Assembly (NCBI GenBank): GCA_001687465.1
Contig: LVLI01000069.1
Coordinates: forward strand, 1 to 64,000
From: Halocafeteria seosinensis
Taxonomy: Eukaryota
Length of the DNA stretch: 64,000 bases
Reading direction: 5' to 3'
Position numbers and translations under genes: made by a program. The notes beneath the pieces are model-generated. The model saw nothing but the letters and a program-made list of their open reading frames with translations. It was not told the origin of the DNA and made no database searches. Shown here piece by piece: positions 60,133-64,000 of the stretch (within the stretch, counting starts at the first letter, position 1; each line of letters opens with the position of its first letter).

Positions 60133-61799
60133 TCAAAGAGACGAAACGCCTGAAACGTGTGGATACGCACCTGAAAGGTTTTCCTCTTCAGAAACAGGAT
60201 CGTTGTGTGCGTGCAGGAGAGAAAATAAACCACTCCCAAAGAACGACCCCAGAAAAGGACCGAGCCAATACACCCACAACCGGTGGGCATGAGCATGTTG
60301 AAAAGCCGCATCTACACTCGATAGGGCGGTACCAATCGCAGGATTGAATACCGAGCTCACCGGTATTCCATTTTGACCACCGGAATATAATCCAGCCGCC
60401 ACAATAAACCCAATAGCTATCCCACGCCGCTGTAGCTGCCTATCATCTTTTGGGTCCTCAGATATGGACGTCATAACTGAGCACACCGTATAAACTAATA
60501 TAGTTGACCAGAGGGCTTCAAACGCAACATGGCCTGTAGTATCGTAGACGTTTCCTGATAAAGAAGGTCGTGAAGACTCTCCTGCTATTGCGTATACCAA
60601 GAACGCCGCTGCAAACGAGCCGGCAAACTGTGCAACGGCTGTTAGAAATATTCTCCAATAACCTCCAATAGGTACAGCCCATCGGAGGGCTGCACCAAGA
60701 GTAACAGCTGGATTGAAGTCAACCCCGCAAAGGTGATCACCCATATAAACCATCGACAGAATGATGGCTCCAATTGATAAAGGATCGGCCCATTCGAAGG
60801 CGGCGGTAAATGTCAAGAAAAACGTGCCTGCTACAAAACGGAACTAACCAATTTTCAAGAATAAAAGTACTTTATTCGGGCAACTGCATACTTACCAATA
60901 AATTCAATGATTAGCACTACGACTGGAAGCCCAAATATTGAGGCATTGTTTCCGGAGAAATGCGAAGTATTATTCACATATGCTTTCACCACACCAGCAA
61001 GCAAACCAGCTACCAGAGTGGCAACCCAGTAGATCCACAAGTAGTGAGAAGTATTTCCGTGCATTATCCTGGCTACATCTAGGCCTGTCCCAACTGCTGC
61101 ATTGAAGACACCTCCGGAAATTTGTCCTGCAGTGTTTCCCCCTGCCAGAATGACGAATCCAATACTCATTCCGAAGTAAGCATTTGGTTCGGCGCTATTT
61201 TTCTCCGTGGCAGTGTTCAACATTACCAGTACCAAAGCAAACGCGTAAAAGAATTCAACCAAAAAAGCGGCACCCTGTGGATGCGCGACGTCAAAATCTA
61301 CGAAGGCAACTGAAGGAGCAGCATCCGCTATTGCAACTCCGGCTAACGATCCGCAGACTCCTCCCAGCGTCTGTACTAGGATGTACATTATTCCTTGAAT
61401 CACGCTCGTTGTGGAGAACGAGCACACCACAACACCAACAGTGACTGCGGGATTGAAGTGAGCCCCAGATTTGTGGTCGAGAGCGTACACCAGCGCCGAA
61501 AGAGCTAATCCTGGTCCTATAAAGGGATTAACCGGGTGAGACTCCAGCTGGACCATAGTGACTGTCAAGCTCAGAAAGAAGGTCCCTACGAATTCCGCCA
61601 GCAGAGCCTGCAAAAACACGAAACAAGGGTAAAATATGAAGCTCCAAAGTGCCGAAAAGAGAATTAGGGGGCCATTTATACGCACTTGTAGCCTCTGTAA
61701 ACCTTCACTGAGAGCAGCATCGTCAGCCTCTTTGCTCCCGCTGTCTCTCCTCTGTTCAAGGGGTTGGTGCTGAGAACCAGGCGGCGATGGCTCCCACAT
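60133..61799 (-). CDS. Aquaporin/MIP-family channel containing two tandem MIP domains (3 exons)
   Basis: Domain 1: AEFVGTFFL, SGAHFNPAVT, GGVFNAAVG, LWIYWVA. Domain 2: IEFI|GTFFL, GVDFNPAVT, SVFNPAIG, LWVYWLGP. Intron 60828-60895 joins the two ORFs in frame. Confidence 0.87.
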
Positions 61800-62188
61800 T
61801 ATGTATAGTCTCAGTTGGTGTCGGAAATACACCTCTGAAAAGAGGGGAAGCTATCGAAAACAGCGTCGAATCCACTTGTGGCAATGGTCGAAGCCAACGA
61901 AGCAAACTTTTCGTTCACTGGGAGAACCTTGGTACGTAGCCCACGAGTTGCCACAGCCAAACGCAAGAAGTAGGATGGAAGGCTAACAAGTTGAAAGAGA
62001 AAAGAAAAAACTCATTGCTTGCGAAGGATCGGAGCCTACAGAATCGACACCAACTGATTACAGTTCTGCTAGAACCGACGCCTCACTGAAGCGTCAAGCG
62101 TATATTATTGGATTGAACTGTGTTGACAAAAAGGCAGACGATGAATTCTGTTTTAATTTAATTGTCTGTTCATCCGAATGAGCGTAGT

Positions 62189-63196
62189 CTATCGGTACAC
62201 GGTCCGGCTCCCTTGGTGCATTCGGGACAGCACAGTCGCCACAGCGGATTCCTCAGATTCCATTGGTTCACCTCGGGTGCTTAGTTGGTCACTTCCTCGA
62301 AAGTCTTTATGTTTGTGCAAACTGAAATAAGAGAGTGCGTTTCGGGATATTATATGTCCACTTTTTCGAAAGTTACTTGACAAATTAGTAGAGTTCATTC
62401 CTCTCTGGACTAAGCACTGCGAGTCCAGTGGCGTATGAGACGATAATCGGGTAACTGCTTTGCTCAGAAGATCCGCTAGTTCATTTGCTACCTTTTCCAT
62501 GAACGCAAGTTTTCGTTTTCTCTTTTGACGACTGCGCCTTGCCCTAAGAGCACCCAGTTGCCGCCGCTTATCTTTTGTCGGCACTGTACACGGCACCATT
62601 GGACTACGCTCGTAAGTCCCCGGGCTTTCATCACTATCCAGTAGTTCAAAGCTCGAGCACTGATACATCAATTCGTCTATCTGCTCCTCGGGTATCCTTT
62701 GTCCCTCGAGTATCTTTTGCTTGATACTACAAAAGTTGGCCTTGATCGTAGAGGGTAGGATCATTTCACTCTCCTGGCGATTACTACCTTTTACTGCAGC
62801 AGGCCTGGATCGTTTGCCTGTAGCAGTGACCTTTCGTTCAGATACTGGAATCTGTTTAGCAAGTACTGGAATTATTGGATCTCCGACGCACGGACTCACA
62901 TCGGGAGCAGATTCCATTGGTTCACTTAAGAACTCAGAGCGAGAAGTTAAGGAATATTTGCCGCTGTCCTGGAGGAAATCGGAGACCATCCGATCCATTC
63001 TCTTTGCTTTCGCATACGGAGGATGCAAGTGCATATCAGTACTAAATGAACTTTTGCTTAGAGTTCTGGAACTATTCAAATGGCATTTCATCGGATTTTG
63101 CAATATCTTTGTCCAACTTCCGCGGGTTTCGGGCAATTGCGGATTAACCAAATTCAACATCGCGTGCGCACGACAATTCTCATCGCACAGATCCAT
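62189..63196 (-). CDS. bZIP-like transcription factor with a divergent basic region
   Basis: 335-aa ORF containing KDKRRQLGALRARRSRQKRKRKLAFMEKVANELADLLSKA, a basic region followed by a short heptad stretch. Confidence 0.6.
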   Translation of the reverse strand: MDLCDENCRAHAMLNLVNPQLPETRGSWTKILQNPMKCHLNSSRTLSKSSFSTDMHLHPPYAKAKRMDRMVSDFLQDSGKYSLTSRSEFLSEPMESAPDVSPCVGDPIIPVLAKQIPVSERKVTATGKRSRPAAVKGSNRQESEMILPSTIKANFCSIKQKILEGQRIPEEQIDELMYQCSSFELLDSDESPGTYERSPMVPCTVPTKDKRRQLGALRARRSRQKRKRKLAFMEKVANELADLLSKAVTRLSSHTPLDSQCLVQRGMNSTNLSSNFRKSGHIISRNALSYFSLHKHKDFRGSDQLSTRGEPMESEESAVATVLSRMHQGSRTVYR

Positions 63197-64000
63197 TTGT
63201 TCCTTTTAGTCCACTGTTCCTTACAGTCAATAACTTCTATTATAACTATATATGGTCGGTATTTCTATTTAAGGCGGTGTAAATGGCAGCTACACCCGCA
63301 CGCTGAAACAGAAGGTTCAAGCCAGGTCCGGGTATCAATGAATCTCCGTCATATACCGTCAGTGGAGGCACGTCACGTGCTGCAAATGCTGTCCATATAA
63401 ACACGGTACAGAGGGAAAGCTGCTGTGTGCCGCTGTCTCGTGGGTCAGGCTAGTCTTTTTTCCCCTTATCAAAGTGGAAATGAGTCTCTTTCTGCCCGCC
63501 GCCAGCTTCCTAGGGGAAAAAGCAGGGCAAAGAGGATCAAACCAGATAAGATGTTCTTCAGTAAGTCTCTCTCGAATCGGGATGCTTATTCCCTTTTCTG
63601 TAGCTTAGAAGAACGATACAATTATTCGTGGTGTTTACAAGCCGTGAATTCTGTCAATTTGTTGCTCCTTTGGGATAGGGGGTTACAAAAAACAACTCGT
63701 ACCCCGCGGACGGCCGCCGTAACTTAGCTTGGGGTCCAACCGTTTCTACGGCACTTCCCCTGTTCCCACACAACCTACGGTACTACAAGAACCATTATAG
63801 TCCTCGTAGTCTCTGGAAAGAAGGGATGACGACAGCGTGTATCCACCACAGCGATTCCTTGATGTATCTATGCAATAACGTAGCTCCCACTAGGCCATCG
63901 GTAGATTCTGCACGCCTTCCCCTGTGTTCCCCCTGCGCTCAGATTACGTCAAACTAGGTTCGACAGGCTTCCCAACAGAACGGTTGTAACATACAGCTCT

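Noticed and set aside
2345..61685. Several stop-free introns of length divisible by 3 (2345-2416, 22382-22447, 34680-34745, 59763-59837, 61608-61685)
   Set aside because: With dozens of ~70-nt introns in the window a handful is expected by chance. No enrichment can be claimed without a genome-wide count.

Overview
Gene-dense eukaryotic nuclear DNA read in the standard genetic code, with many short (~60-90 nt) GT-AG introns and very short intergenic spacers. BBS5, an AP2-domain factor, a bZIP-like factor, a PPR protein and a DIX-like domain together suggest a flagellated protist, probably SAR or stramenopile-like (inference). About 25 genes can be reconstructed by manual splicing. They include NOP10 (absent from the ORF track), a phosphotransferase-M23 peptidase fusion, an EDR2-C/DUF1336 protein, a PPR-SAP protein, deoxyhypusine synthase, an IPT/TIG protein, an AP2 factor, CSL4, BBS5, VPS25, NUP93, a PH-PDZ protein, a DIX-like + auxilin-type J protein, an OSCA/TMEM63 channel, a CEPT-type phosphotransferase, LZIC, CWF19L1, a tandem two-domain aquaporin and a bZIP-like protein. 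A Helitron-type PIF1 remnant is also present. The most notable observations are: (1) an intron-containing, bacterial-type kinase + M23 metallopeptidase fusion that lacks the aminotransferase of its bacterial counterparts; (2) a double-MIP aquaporin in one polypeptide; (3) a DIX-like/auxilin fusion; (4) convergent genes whose stop codons physically overlap. No rRNA, tRNA or CRISPR array was recognised. All family assignments come from motif recognition by eye, not from database searches.
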